A DNA stretch of 64,000 nt, from the NCBI GenBank assembly GCA_049975405.1, contig JBNGDK010000005.1:156-64155 (forward strand), written 5' to 3'. The stretch's first letter is position 1. Every line of letters starts with the position of its first letter. The notes under the pieces were generated by a model that saw nothing but the letters and a program-made list of their open reading frames with translations, was not told where the DNA came from and ran no database searches. Source of the DNA: Candidatus Methanospirareceae archaeon (lineage in GTDB: Archaea; Halobacteriota; Syntropharchaeia; Alkanophagales; Methanospirareceae). The position numbers and the translations under genes are program-made. Shown piece by piece: positions 19,429 to 28,568 of this stretch.

Positions 19429-20453
19429 ATATTCTCGCAATGGATATAGGCGCGGGCACGCAGGACATACTGATCTTTGATTCTGATCTTATTAGGAATC
19501 TTGAGAGCGCATACAAGCTCGTGCTCCCGTCACCCACCCGTATCGTGGCTAATGAACTCCGGAGGACACGGGAAGACGTGGTCATCTTCGGTGATACAAT
19601 GGGTGGTGGTGCCTTCACACGCGCCGTGCTCGACCATCTCAGAGACTACAAGGTGTATATGACCGAGGATGCAGCACGGACACTAAGAGACGATCTGGAG
19701 AGCGTCCGTGGCTATGGGATTGAGCTCATATCGAGCGAGCAGGAGCTCGAGGAATTGAGTGAGACGGCCGAGCCGATAAAAATATCGGATTTTAATCTCC
19801 AGCTCATCCCGACACTTGCGTCTTTTGGCATTGATACCAATTTCGATGTCATCGCGATCGCAGTGCAGGACCACGGGGTCGCACCTGCGGGTCTTACTGA
19901 TCGTGAGCACCGGTTTCAGTTGATCGAGGAGAACGTGGGCGGTGGGTTGGAGTCCTTCGCATACCTCGATGGCGTACCGGAGAATCTGAGCAGAATGCGA
20001 TCGCTCTATCGGTCGCTGAGACGCTGGTATGATGGGCACATCCTCCTGATGGACACCGGACCTGCGGCGGTGCTCGGCGCACTTGAGGACGAACGGGTGA
20101 AAGATAAAAGTCGGGTTGTCTGTGTCAACGTCGGCAACGCGCATACTATCGCGATCTCGCTCACTGATGGCCAGATAGTCGGGGTCTTTGAGCACCATAC
20201 GCACCTGCTTGATAAGCCGAAACTCGCGCGGTACCTTTCCAGACTGTGCGACGGCACGATTACGTTCCAGGAGGTCTTCGATGATGGCGGGCACGGTGCA
20301 GTCGTGCGCGGCGCGAATCAGCCGGAGATAATATCCATAACGGGACCGAACCGGGGGCGGATGGCAGGCCTGGGCGTCTTTGCCGCACCTGCGGGCGACA
20401 TGATGATGACCGGGGCGGTGGGCTTAATCAAGGCCGTTCTGAATCGCGTGTAA
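19425..20453 (+). CDS. DUF1786-like protein of the ASKHA (actin-like ATPase) fold, conserved in methanogens. Translationally coupled to gatD through an ATGA overlap.
   Basis: N-terminal [14 protein letters not shown] phosphate-1 motif, a second glycine-rich motif and VNVGNAHT. Family name recalled from memory. Confidence 0.5.
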   Translation: MNILAMDIGAGTQDILIFDSDLIRNLESAYKLVLPSPTRIVANELRRTREDVVIFGDTMGGGAFTRAVLDHLRDYKVYMTEDAARTLRDDLESVRGYGIELISSEQELEELSETAEPIKISDFNLQLIPTLASFGIDTNFDVIAIAVQDHGVAPAGLTDREHRFQLIEENVGGGLESFAYLDGVPENLSRMRSLYRSLRRWYDGHILLMDTGPAAVLGALEDERVKDKSRVVCVNVGNAHTIAISLTDGQIVGVFEHHTHLLDKPKLARYLSRLCDGTITFQEVFDDGGHGAVVRGANQPEIISITGPNRGRMAGLGVFAAPAGDMMMTGAVGLIKAVLNRV

Positions 20454-20468
20454 TCAGCAGCGCAGCAC

Positions 20469-21296
20469 ATGATTCTCGTATCCAGCATCCCGTTCATTTC
20501 CATCGGGCTCTTCGCCCTAGCGTTGCTCTTCAAGAAGCGAGTGGTCGGTGCGCTGGGCTGGCTCGTCTTCTCACTGTACTGCGTATCTGAGGTCTCCTAT
20601 TATCTCATTGAAAAGGCGGAGTACTTTGACGCTGCGATTGCCGTTATTTTTCTCGCATTTACCCTGCTCTTCGCAGCACTCATGCTCAAACCGGCATCGC
20701 CGAGCGACCGTGATGAAGAAGCGCTGCACTTCACGGTTACCAAAATCGCGCTGATCACAGCCACCCTTTACTTTCCCTTTGCCGCATTTCCCGCGCTTGA
20801 AACGCTCATTATTGCCCTCACCACCCGAATCACCGCCACGGTACTTGCGATGCTCGGCGTGAGCGTGTACATGGTCTACCCATCCAGCATCTATACCACT
20901 GCCAGCTCGTTCCACGCCGTTTACAAGCCGATCGAGATCATTCTGGCCTGCACGGCGATCCAGAGCATAGTGCTCTTTGCCGGCCTGACCCTCGGGGTGG
21001 AGGCACCGCTGAACCGAAAGCTCAAAGCTTTTATCGTCTCCGTTCCCACCATCTACGTGCTGAATATCGTACGGAACGTCTTTGTCACCGCAGCGTACTT
21101 CGGTGAGTGGTTTGGGCCGCCGCTTCAGAGTTTCGATATCGGCCATGGGATCATTGCACGGATCTTCGTCATGGTCTCGCTCATCGTTGTAGCTTACGCC
21201 GTCTTCGTGTTACTCCCTGAGGCGCTCGACCTCATCGAGTACTTCTTCCGCTATCTGTCCAGACGGCTTACCGCTTCAATACGCATCAGCGGATAA
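20469..21296 (+). CDS. Polytopic membrane protein, candidate archaeosortase of the ArtA/exosortase family
   Basis: 275 aa with 7-8 TM helices. Cys161 in IEIILACTAIQSIVLFAG and Arg202 in YVLNIVRNVF lie 41 residues apart, the same Cys-Arg spacing as the catalytic pair of Haloferax ArtA. Three PGF-CTERM substrates occur in the same window. Confidence 0.5.
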   Translation: MILVSSIPFISIGLFALALLFKKRVVGALGWLVFSLYCVSEVSYYLIEKAEYFDAAIAVIFLAFTLLFAALMLKPASPSDRDEEALHFTVTKIALITATLYFPFAAFPALETLIIALTTRITATVLAMLGVSVYMVYPSSIYTTASSFHAVYKPIEIILACTAIQSIVLFAGLTLGVEAPLNRKLKAFIVSVPTIYVLNIVRNVFVTAAYFGEWFGPPLQSFDIGHGIIARIFVMVSLIVVAYAVFVLLPEALDLIEYFFRYLSRRLTASIRISG

Positions 21297-21631
21297 TCTC
21301 GCGCCTTATCGTACTTCACCCGCACACGCGCCTCGACCGCCTTATACTGAATTACAACGGTCACGTCCAGCATATCGCCCCGCAACTCGCAGTATCCGAA
21401 CTCGTTTGCACGTGCTCGGACCTTATCGCGGTTGATCTTCGCGGTTACCGTACTGACCCATGGTTGTAGCGATACGCTCTGCGCAATTGCGTTTTCCAGC
21501 GATTCCGCAGTCTCCGTGCTCACAGGCGTACCGATGAACTGGTGATAGAGCGCGCCGAGCTTGATGCCCGCCTCAAAGAGCGCGTTATCACGATCGGTTA
21601 TCGCTTCTGCTTCATCTTCCATTCCACACAA
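21251..21631 (-). CDS. Hypothetical protein of about 120 aa, overlapping the 3' end of tgtA by 25-34 nt
   Basis: ORF-track only. Beta-rich sequence; no family confidently recognised. Confidence 0.4.
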   Translation of the reverse strand: MCGMEDEAEAITDRDNALFEAGIKLGALYHQFIGTPVSTETAESLENAIAQSVSLQPWVSTVTAKINRDKVRARANEFGYCELRGDMLDVTVVIQYKAVEARVRVKYDKARDYPLMRIEAVSRLDR

Positions 21632-23079
21632 CGCACCTCCGCATATTTCCGGATCTCATCAATCAAGGGCTGGTCCGCCCACGTTTGGTCATACCAGAAG
21701 ACGAACTTCACGTCTCTATTGAGCTTCAGCAGTTTGATGACATTCTGCAAGGCGACTGCTCTGGCTTCGTCATCTACCGACTCGGGTAGCTCCGCCTGCC
21801 CCACCGGATAGCTTTCCGCCAATTCCACGGGACACGGTCCGAACGGCGGCTTCACGAAGAAGACGTGATCAAATAGGTCTTTTGTATCCCCTGGTTTTGC
21901 CGCCGTGGTGACCAATACCGTGCCGGAGACCGTGAATCGGTTCAGCCGGCTTGCATACCGCAGCACCTCAGGCCTGCGTGCTGAACATGCGCTGAGGTAA
22001 AAGAAGGGGTGCTTAGTCCCCGGATCGTAGCGCTCGATCAGTTCGGCATAGCTCGTCATTCGGAGCAGCCCGTTGAGTAACGCAGGGTACGCGCGGCAAC
22101 GGCGCTCGCAGAGCTCCCAGAGGTTCCGATCCACGATGCTCTGCTTCACGATCCGCATCTCCTCGAACGTGACCCAGAGATTGTGCGCAGCCAACAGCTC
22201 CACATCTTCCTGAAGCTCGCGGCAGGTATATGAGGAGCAAACGGGGCACGAGCAGGGCAAGTACTGCAACGCATCCACCTTCTGCGTGCCGTCCGCCGTT
22301 ATGTACCGTCCACCTTTTGCATAGAGCACATAGGCCGCGGAATCGAAGAGGTCGCAGCCCAGTGCAACGGCGAGCGGGAAGATGATCGGATGTCCGGCGC
22401 CGAAGAGATGGACCGGCGCATCCAGCGGTAAGTGCCGTTTCGCTGCGACGATGATGTCCGCGATCGTGCCAAACGCGTATGATTCCAGCAAGGGCACGAC
22501 ACCACCGATGGCATAAAGGTCAAAATCCAGCTCAGCAGCGCGTTGCGCGCTCTCTTCACGTAAGTCGAGGCAGGTCGCGCCCTGCACGACACCCGCCAGC
22601 AGATTGCCCGTGCCCTGGATAATGCTCCGCGCTTCCTGCAGCCGTCTGATCGTCTCCTCTAAATCCGATTTTGCGCGTGCATAGAGCGCATCAGGCGGTG
22701 TGGGAATGTCGAGCGGAACACAGACGTCCGAGCCGATGAGCTGCTGAAATTCCAGCGTCTCCCGGTTGCTCACCTCAACATCCTGGTATTCGTAGAGCTG
22801 GTAGGAGCCCGAATCTGTCATGATGGGCAGATCACAGTCTAATAGCGCATGCAGGCCGTGTGTGACCGCTTCTTCATGCAACCTGGCGTTGCGATAGATA
22901 ATGTATGCATTGGTAATGAGCATCTCCGCGCCGTACTTCCGCATGTCCCGAGGCGCGATCGTCGGAATGTTGGGATTGATCACGGGCAGTATCGTGGGTG
23001 TTTCCACAGTGCCATGCGGCGTTTTCAGTTTACCGATCCGCCCCATCAAATCCTTATGCTTGAGTTCAAACACAGCCAT
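21598..23079 (-). CDS. tgtA: Archaeosine tRNA-guanine transglycosylase (ArcTGT catalytic and C1/C2 region). At 493 aa it appears to lack the C-terminal PUA domain.
   Basis: TIM-barrel TGT motifs, zinc site CSCPVCS...C, N-terminal MAVFELKHKDLMGRIGKL. Confidence 0.9.
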   Translation of the reverse strand: MAVFELKHKDLMGRIGKLKTPHGTVETPTILPVINPNIPTIAPRDMRKYGAEMLITNAYIIYRNARLHEEAVTHGLHALLDCDLPIMTDSGSYQLYEYQDVEVSNRETLEFQQLIGSDVCVPLDIPTPPDALYARAKSDLEETIRRLQEARSIIQGTGNLLAGVVQGATCLDLREESAQRAAELDFDLYAIGGVVPLLESYAFGTIADIIVAAKRHLPLDAPVHLFGAGHPIIFPLAVALGCDLFDSAAYVLYAKGGRYITADGTQKVDALQYLPCSCPVCSSYTCRELQEDVELLAAHNLWVTFEEMRIVKQSIVDRNLWELCERRCRAYPALLNGLLRMTSYAELIERYDPGTKHPFFYLSACSARRPEVLRYASRLNRFTVSGTVLVTTAAKPGDTKDLFDHVFFVKPPFGPCPVELAESYPVGQAELPESVDDEARAVALQNVIKLLKLNRDVKFVFWYDQTWADQPLIDEIRKYAEVRCVEWKMKQKR

Positions 23080-23318
23080 AGCCTTCGTCCCTATTCAACA
23101 ACTACATACACAACCTGCAAGCAGAACTACCTGTAACGATCACCCATAGCTTTGCGACCTTATAAACCCCCATTCATCACCACACAGACGCTCCTTTACT
23201 GATCGGTTCAGAGCGGTCCAGCGCTGTTTGCGTATTCGAACGATTGTGCACGAGCTGCAAATTTAACTAGTTCTATCACCAACACCACTTTTGGAGCGCG
23301 ATTGCGAGCACATAGGGG

Positions 23319-24686
23319 ATGGGACAGGAAGAACACATAAAGCTGCTCTGTGCAGACGTTCTGGCGCGAATAAGACCGACGGCTGAGGGACGGCGCCGTG
23401 TGAAGTCAGTAATTGAGCGTATCATTGCGCAGGTAGCGGAGCAGGCGCAGGAGCTGGGCATTGAGGCTAAGGCCATCTCAGTGGGCTCAACGGCACGAAA
23501 TACCTGGATACGCGGCGAAGCTGACATTGATATCTTTCTCATGTTCCCGGTCGAGCTCACGGAGGACGAGTTCAAAGCGCAAGGGCTCGCACTTGCGCAG
23601 AGCATTGCGCATCGCTATGAGGCGCGGTACGCGGCGCATCCGTACATTCACGCTTACGTACTTGATGCCGAGACCGGAACGGAGTACGAGGCAGACCTGG
23701 TGCCCTGTTACGCGGTTGCGGACCTCGCGGCGTTGAAATCCGCAGTGGATCGCACGCCCTTTCATAACCGGTATGTTCAGGGGCGAATCGCGGGCCGCGA
23801 GGATGAGGTGCTGCTATTGAAGCAGTTTCTGAAGGTACTGGGCATTTACGGCTCGGAGCTCAGGCGTCGCGGGTTCGCCGGGTACCTCTGCGAGCTGCTG
23901 ATTCTGCACTATTCATCCTTTGTCGAACTCTTGAGAAACGCTGCGCAGTGGCAGTATGGCGAACGAATCGACCTTGAGGGGAAGGGTACGTACAGGGGCA
24001 ACGGCACCGAGCCGCTCATCGTGATTGACCCGGTCGATCCGAAGCGTAACGTTGCAGCGGCGGTCTCGGCGTATTCTTTCTCACGGTTAATCGATGCGGC
24101 GCGTGAATTCCTGGCGGAGCCGAGTACGGACTTTTTTACGCTCTATCGGGAAGAGCCGATGAGCGCGGTCGAATTCATGGATATTGTGCGTGAACGCGGG
24201 ACACAGTTCGTGCTGGTCGCCTTCAAGACACCCGCTGTGGTGGAGGACATCCTCTTCCCGCAGTTGCGTAAGGCAGAAACGTCGGTCAACAATTTGATGA
24301 AGCGATACGGATTCCAGGTCTACCGGAGCGACGTGTATGCAGAGGGCGATAAAGCGTTTTTACTCTTCGAGCTGCTGGTGTGGGAGCTCCCGCGGATAAA
24401 GAAACATATCGGGCCGCCCGTTACATCTGCATATCATGCTACGAAGTTCAAGGAACAGTACCGTGCATCGCACCGGCTATTCATTGAGGACGGCAGATAT
24501 GTGGTCGAGGTGGCGCGAAAGCATACCGATGCGGTCAGTTTGCTCAAAACGGAGTTGCGGTCATGCAGCCTGGGGAAACAGCTGCGGGAATCGATCGATA
24601 AGGGCTACGACGTATTGCGCACCGAAGAGATCGAGTTCACGCCGGGCATTGGCGCGTTCTTCGGGGAGTATTTCAGGGGTATCTGA
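23319..24686 (+). CDS. cca: CCA-adding tRNA nucleotidyltransferase (archaeal class I)
   Basis: 455 aa. Class I nucleotidyltransferase head GSTARNTWIRGEADIDIFL and an archaeal CCA body domain. Confidence 0.9.
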   Translation: MGQEEHIKLLCADVLARIRPTAEGRRRVKSVIERIIAQVAEQAQELGIEAKAISVGSTARNTWIRGEADIDIFLMFPVELTEDEFKAQGLALAQSIAHRYEARYAAHPYIHAYVLDAETGTEYEADLVPCYAVADLAALKSAVDRTPFHNRYVQGRIAGREDEVLLLKQFLKVLGIYGSELRRRGFAGYLCELLILHYSSFVELLRNAAQWQYGERIDLEGKGTYRGNGTEPLIVIDPVDPKRNVAAAVSAYSFSRLIDAAREFLAEPSTDFFTLYREEPMSAVEFMDIVRERGTQFVLVAFKTPAVVEDILFPQLRKAETSVNNLMKRYGFQVYRSDVYAEGDKAFLLFELLVWELPRIKKHIGPPVTSAYHATKFKEQYRASHRLFIEDGRYVVEVARKHTDAVSLLKTELRSCSLGKQLRESIDKGYDVLRTEEIEFTPGIGAFFGEYFRGI

Positions 24687-24755
24687 AAAGCGTGGATTAT
24701 ACCACTACACTACAGTTATCGTATCGAATTTTCGACTTGTTTGCGCATTTCTGTT

Positions 24756-26204
24756 TCACGAGCCACTCTGCTCATACGCGTCCGCCACCCGCATTATCAG
24801 ATCTTCCTCGAAATGCCGTCCCACGAGCTGCAACCCGATCGGCAGGTTATGAGAGACGCCGCACGGAATCGAGAGTGAGGGCACACCAGCCAGGTTGATC
24901 GAAACAGTATTCACGTCGGCGAGATACAGTGAGAGTGGATCCTGGATTCGTTCGCCGAGCTTGAAGGCGACGAACGGCATGGTGGGCATCGCGAGGATAT
25001 CGTGCGTCTCCAACGCATCCTCGAATTCGCGTTTGATTAGCGTCCTGACCTTCAACGCCTTAAGGTAATATTTGCCGTAATAGCCCGCGGAGAGCGCGTA
25101 GGTCCCGAGAATGATCCGTCGTTTCACCTCCTCGCCAAACCCGTCGCCCCGTATCCGTGAGAAGGTAGTGTGCCAGTCCTCATCCTTGCCTTCCCGGAGC
25201 CCGTACCGAAGCCCGTCAAACCGTGCGAGATTCGAAGACGCCTCGGACATCGCGATAACGTAGTACGCGGCGAGCGCATATTTCATGTTCCGCATGCTGA
25301 GTTCCTCGTACGTCGCACCCAGCTCCTCTAATGTATGAATCGCGTTCCACACGGCCCGCGCGACCTCAGGATCGCAGCCCTCAAAGAAATCACGGGGCAC
25401 GCCGATTCGCAGCCCCTTAATCGCGTCTACTGTTTCAGCCCCTGTTCCGTTGAGCCATGAGCAGTGGTAGTTTGATAGCCCCTCGTTCTTGAGTTTCACC
25501 TGGGTGCTGTCCCGCCAATCCCTGGCTGCTATCACGTCCAGAAGCAGAGCGGTATCCTTTACGGTCGTGGCTATCGGCCCGATTTGCTCCAGCGAATTCG
25601 CATAGGCGATGAGCCCGTAGCGCGAGATGAACCCGTAGGTGGGCTTCAGACCGACGACGCCGCAGAACGATGCAGGGCACCGTATCGAGCCGCCGGTATC
25701 GGACCCGAGCGCGAGGAGTGCCTCACCTGCTGCAACGGCCGCGGCACTCCCGCCCGACGAGCCACCGGGCACTCGCGTGAGGTCGTGCGGGTTCTTTGTG
25801 GGCCCGTAATAGCTCGTCTCCGTGGACGTGCCCATGCAGAACTCGTCCATATTCGTTTTCCCGATGATGATCGCGCCTTCACGTTTTAATGCTTCGATCA
25901 CGGTCGCGTCATAGGGCGGAACATATCCTGTTAGAATCCGCGAGGCGCACGTGGTCTGGATACCCTGCGTGGAGATGCTATCCTTGATAGCAATGGGTAG
26001 GCCGAGCATCTTTTTGCGCTGGGAATCCGGGTCAGCATGCCGTTTATCAACACCACGCGCCTCTTCAAGTGCGCGTTCTCTGGTGAGCGTGATGTAACAA
26101 TTCAGCGTGCTCCGCTCGATGCGCTCGTATATCCCTGCTATAAGCGCTTCGCACGATATTTCGCCGCTTTTAATGCCTGCTATGGCTTCTATCGCGGTCA
26201 TCAT
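24756..26204 (-). CDS. gatA: Glutamyl-tRNA(Gln)/Asp-tRNA(Asn) amidotransferase subunit A
   Basis: Amidase signature GGSSGGSAAAVAAG. 482 aa. Confidence 0.9.
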   Translation of the reverse strand: MMTAIEAIAGIKSGEISCEALIAGIYERIERSTLNCYITLTRERALEEARGVDKRHADPDSQRKKMLGLPIAIKDSISTQGIQTTCASRILTGYVPPYDATVIEALKREGAIIIGKTNMDEFCMGTSTETSYYGPTKNPHDLTRVPGGSSGGSAAAVAAGEALLALGSDTGGSIRCPASFCGVVGLKPTYGFISRYGLIAYANSLEQIGPIATTVKDTALLLDVIAARDWRDSTQVKLKNEGLSNYHCSWLNGTGAETVDAIKGLRIGVPRDFFEGCDPEVARAVWNAIHTLEELGATYEELSMRNMKYALAAYYVIAMSEASSNLARFDGLRYGLREGKDEDWHTTFSRIRGDGFGEEVKRRIILGTYALSAGYYGKYYLKALKVRTLIKREFEDALETHDILAMPTMPFVAFKLGERIQDPLSLYLADVNTVSINLAGVPSLSIPCGVSHNLPIGLQLVGRHFEEDLIMRVADAYEQSGS

Positions 26205-26242
26205 TGCTGATCTTCAATCGCCCTCCGAGTAGATTTATATAC

Positions 26243-26278
26243 CAATAGCCACCACTTCTTTTATAAACTCTTTTCGTG
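26243..26278. promoter_or_regulatory. Two TATA-like boxes, tttatata and ttttataaa, in the 86-bp divergent gatA and radical-SAM intergenic region
   Basis: AT-rich elements 20-45 nt from each start codon. Positional inference only. Confidence 0.3.
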
Positions 26279-26290
26279 GATCGTTGACTC

Positions 26291-27784
26291 ATGGAGCCCA
26301 AAAAGACGAAATCGCTCTGTCCGCAGTGCCTCAAAGTCATTGATGCGGAGCTTTTTGAACAGGACGGTAAGATCCTTATGAGGAAGCGCTGCCCAGAGCA
26401 CGGTGAGTTCGATGACGTTTACTGGTCAGACGCTGATCTCTATCGCAAGTACACGCGCTGGCACTTCAACACGGATGAGGGCGATGCGGGTATCCAGACT
26501 ACGGGGATAGAGAAGGGCTGCCCGTTTGATTGCGGGCTCTGCCCGGAGCACAGGAGCTCGACGATGCTCGCGCTCATCGATCTCACGAACCGCTGTAACC
26601 AGCACTGTCCGACCTGCTTCGCAAATGCTGCGGTCGCCGGGTATCTGTATGAGCCAACGATGGAGCAGCTCGTGGCCATGATGAAGCTGCTCAGGAGTGA
26701 GGTACCTCCCTGTCCCGCGATCCAGTTCGCGGGTGGCGAGCCCACCGTGCGTGAGAATTTCGTGGAGATCGTGCGGAAGGCACGGGAGCTCGGCTTCTCG
26801 CATATCCAGGTGGCAACGAACGGTATCGCCATGGCGAAGAGCGTCGAGTTCTGCCACGCGTTAAAGGAAGCGGGCTTACACACCGTCTATTTGCAGTTTG
26901 ACGGCGTTACAGACGCGCCCTATGAGAAATTACGGGGTGTACCGGCGTTGCAGACAAAGCTGCAGGCGATCGATAACTGCTGGGCGGGCGAGATCAAGAG
27001 CGTTGTGCTCGTGCCCACACTTGCCCGTGGTGTGAATGACGATCAGATCGGGGATATTATGCGTTTCGCAGCCACGAAACTGCATATCATAAAAGGGGTA
27101 AACGTGCAGCCGATCTCATTCGAGGGTCGTGTGGATGATGCAGAGCGTAAACGGATGAGAATAACGATCCCTGATTTCATACGACTGCTGGAAGAGCAGA
27201 CCAACGGTGAGATACCGGCTGAAAGCTTCTATCCCATCCCCTTCGTCCTGCCGGTCTCTCATTTCGTGGAGGCCTGGAAACACAAGCCGCAGATCGAATT
27301 CACCGTGCATCCACACTGTGGCGCGGCGACCTATGTATTCGTAGTGGACGGCAAATTCGTGCCAATTACTGACTTCGTTGATGTCGAAGGTTTCATGGAA
27401 TTCCTGCAAGAGAACGCAGAAGAGACCCCGCGGGGGCGGATCGGTAAGCTCAGGGCAACAGCAGGGCTCTTCTCAGCCTTGCGGAAATTCATCGACCGGG
27501 AAAAGGCACCTGAGGGGTGCGATCCCCTGAATCTGCTCGCTAACATCCTCGGCATCGGCACACGTGAGGCGGTAGCGGAGTTCCACCGGCAAGCGCTCTT
27601 CATTGGTGCTATGCACTTCATGGACCCTTATAACTACGATCTGGAACGCGTCAAGCGCTGTGGCATTCATTACGCCACACCGGACGGGCGGATCATTCCG
27701 TTCTGCTCGTATAATGCGCTTCATCGGCACCTGGTCGAGCGGGCATTCGCAAAGCAGTATCATACTCCCGACGCGCGTAACTAA
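26291..27784 (+). CDS. Radical SAM enzyme with an N-terminal rubredoxin-like Cys site and additional Cys clusters, a candidate tetraether lipid synthase (Tes/GDGT-MAS-like)
   Basis: Radical-SAM site CNQHCPTC, N-terminal CPQC...CPEH and CPFDCGLCPEH. 497 aa. The architecture matches published descriptions of GDGT-MAS (three 4Fe-4S clusters plus a rubredoxin-like iron). The functional assignment is inference. Confidence 0.75.
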   Translation: MEPKKTKSLCPQCLKVIDAELFEQDGKILMRKRCPEHGEFDDVYWSDADLYRKYTRWHFNTDEGDAGIQTTGIEKGCPFDCGLCPEHRSSTMLALIDLTNRCNQHCPTCFANAAVAGYLYEPTMEQLVAMMKLLRSEVPPCPAIQFAGGEPTVRENFVEIVRKARELGFSHIQVATNGIAMAKSVEFCHALKEAGLHTVYLQFDGVTDAPYEKLRGVPALQTKLQAIDNCWAGEIKSVVLVPTLARGVNDDQIGDIMRFAATKLHIIKGVNVQPISFEGRVDDAERKRMRITIPDFIRLLEEQTNGEIPAESFYPIPFVLPVSHFVEAWKHKPQIEFTVHPHCGAATYVFVVDGKFVPITDFVDVEGFMEFLQENAEETPRGRIGKLRATAGLFSALRKFIDREKAPEGCDPLNLLANILGIGTREAVAEFHRQALFIGAMHFMDPYNYDLERVKRCGIHYATPDGRIIPFCSYNALHRHLVERAFAKQYHTPDARN

Positions 27785-28112
27785 CCGCGAGCTCAGCAGT
27801 TACCCGCACGCAAACCCAAATCACGCTCGCAGCAGTCTTAAAAGCAGTCTTTAAATACGATACTATCCTATAGGTATGTGCCCCTTTCGAAGAGTAGAGT
27901 GACCGCGCAGGACTGCGAAGCATGAGCTCTATGGCAAACAAGGGGCGACATACACGCCGTATTGCACGGTCCCTGCGGTAGCCTTCTCAACGACGATGGC
28001 GATGACCGTAATAAGGAAACCACAATACGGTACATTTTATGCGGAAAGCTTATCAACGACCCTGCTCTTTAAATGAAATCGGTGGATCAATGAACAGTGA
28101 GGGAGAAGGAGC

Positions 28113-28568
28113 ATGGGAGAAGAAAAAGAGCGTGAAAGCGTGGCGAAGGGCAATGAGGATCTCGAGCGGATACGGGCGAACAAGATGCGGGAGTTGGAAG
28201 AGCACATGAAGACGGTAAAGGAAGGCGGCGCCAAGGCCCAGGCAGTCCTTGACCATCCGGTTGAGATAACCGACGCGACCTTCGTGGCATTTGTGAAGCA
28301 GCATCCTCTCGTGGTCGTGGATTGCTGGGCGCCCTGGTGTGGTCCGTGCCGAATGGTCGCACCGATCCTCGAGGAATTAGCGAAGGAGTACGCCGGCAAG
28401 GTGGCCTTTGGTAAGCTGAATGTGGATGAGAACCCGCGTACCGCCACCGAATTTGCGATCATGGCGATACCGACCCTCTTTATCTTCAAGAACGGTGAAC
28501 CGGTCGATGTTATCCAGGGCGCAATGCCCAAGCCTCATTTTGAAGCCAAGCTGAAGGAATGGTTGTAA
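28113..28568 (+). CDS. trx: Thioredoxin with an N-terminal charged extension
   Basis: Active site WAPWCGPC. 151 aa. Confidence 0.85.
   Translation: MGEEKERESVAKGNEDLERIRANKMRELEEHMKTVKEGGAKAQAVLDHPVEITDATFVAFVKQHPLVVVDCWAPWCGPCRMVAPILEELAKEYAGKVAFGKLNVDENPRTATEFAIMAIPTLFIFKNGEPVDVIQGAMPKPHFEAKLKEWL

Noticed and set aside
19683-20294. 203-aa minus-strand ORF
   Set aside because: Fully antisense to the DUF1786-like gene that is translationally coupled to gatD. No motifs.
27785-28112. 330-bp intergenic region screened for SRP RNA, RNase P RNA or C/D box sRNA
   Set aside because: No convincing conserved motifs (no clear C/D boxes, GNAR tetraloop helix or RNase P P4 elements) could be identified by eye. 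Left unannotated.
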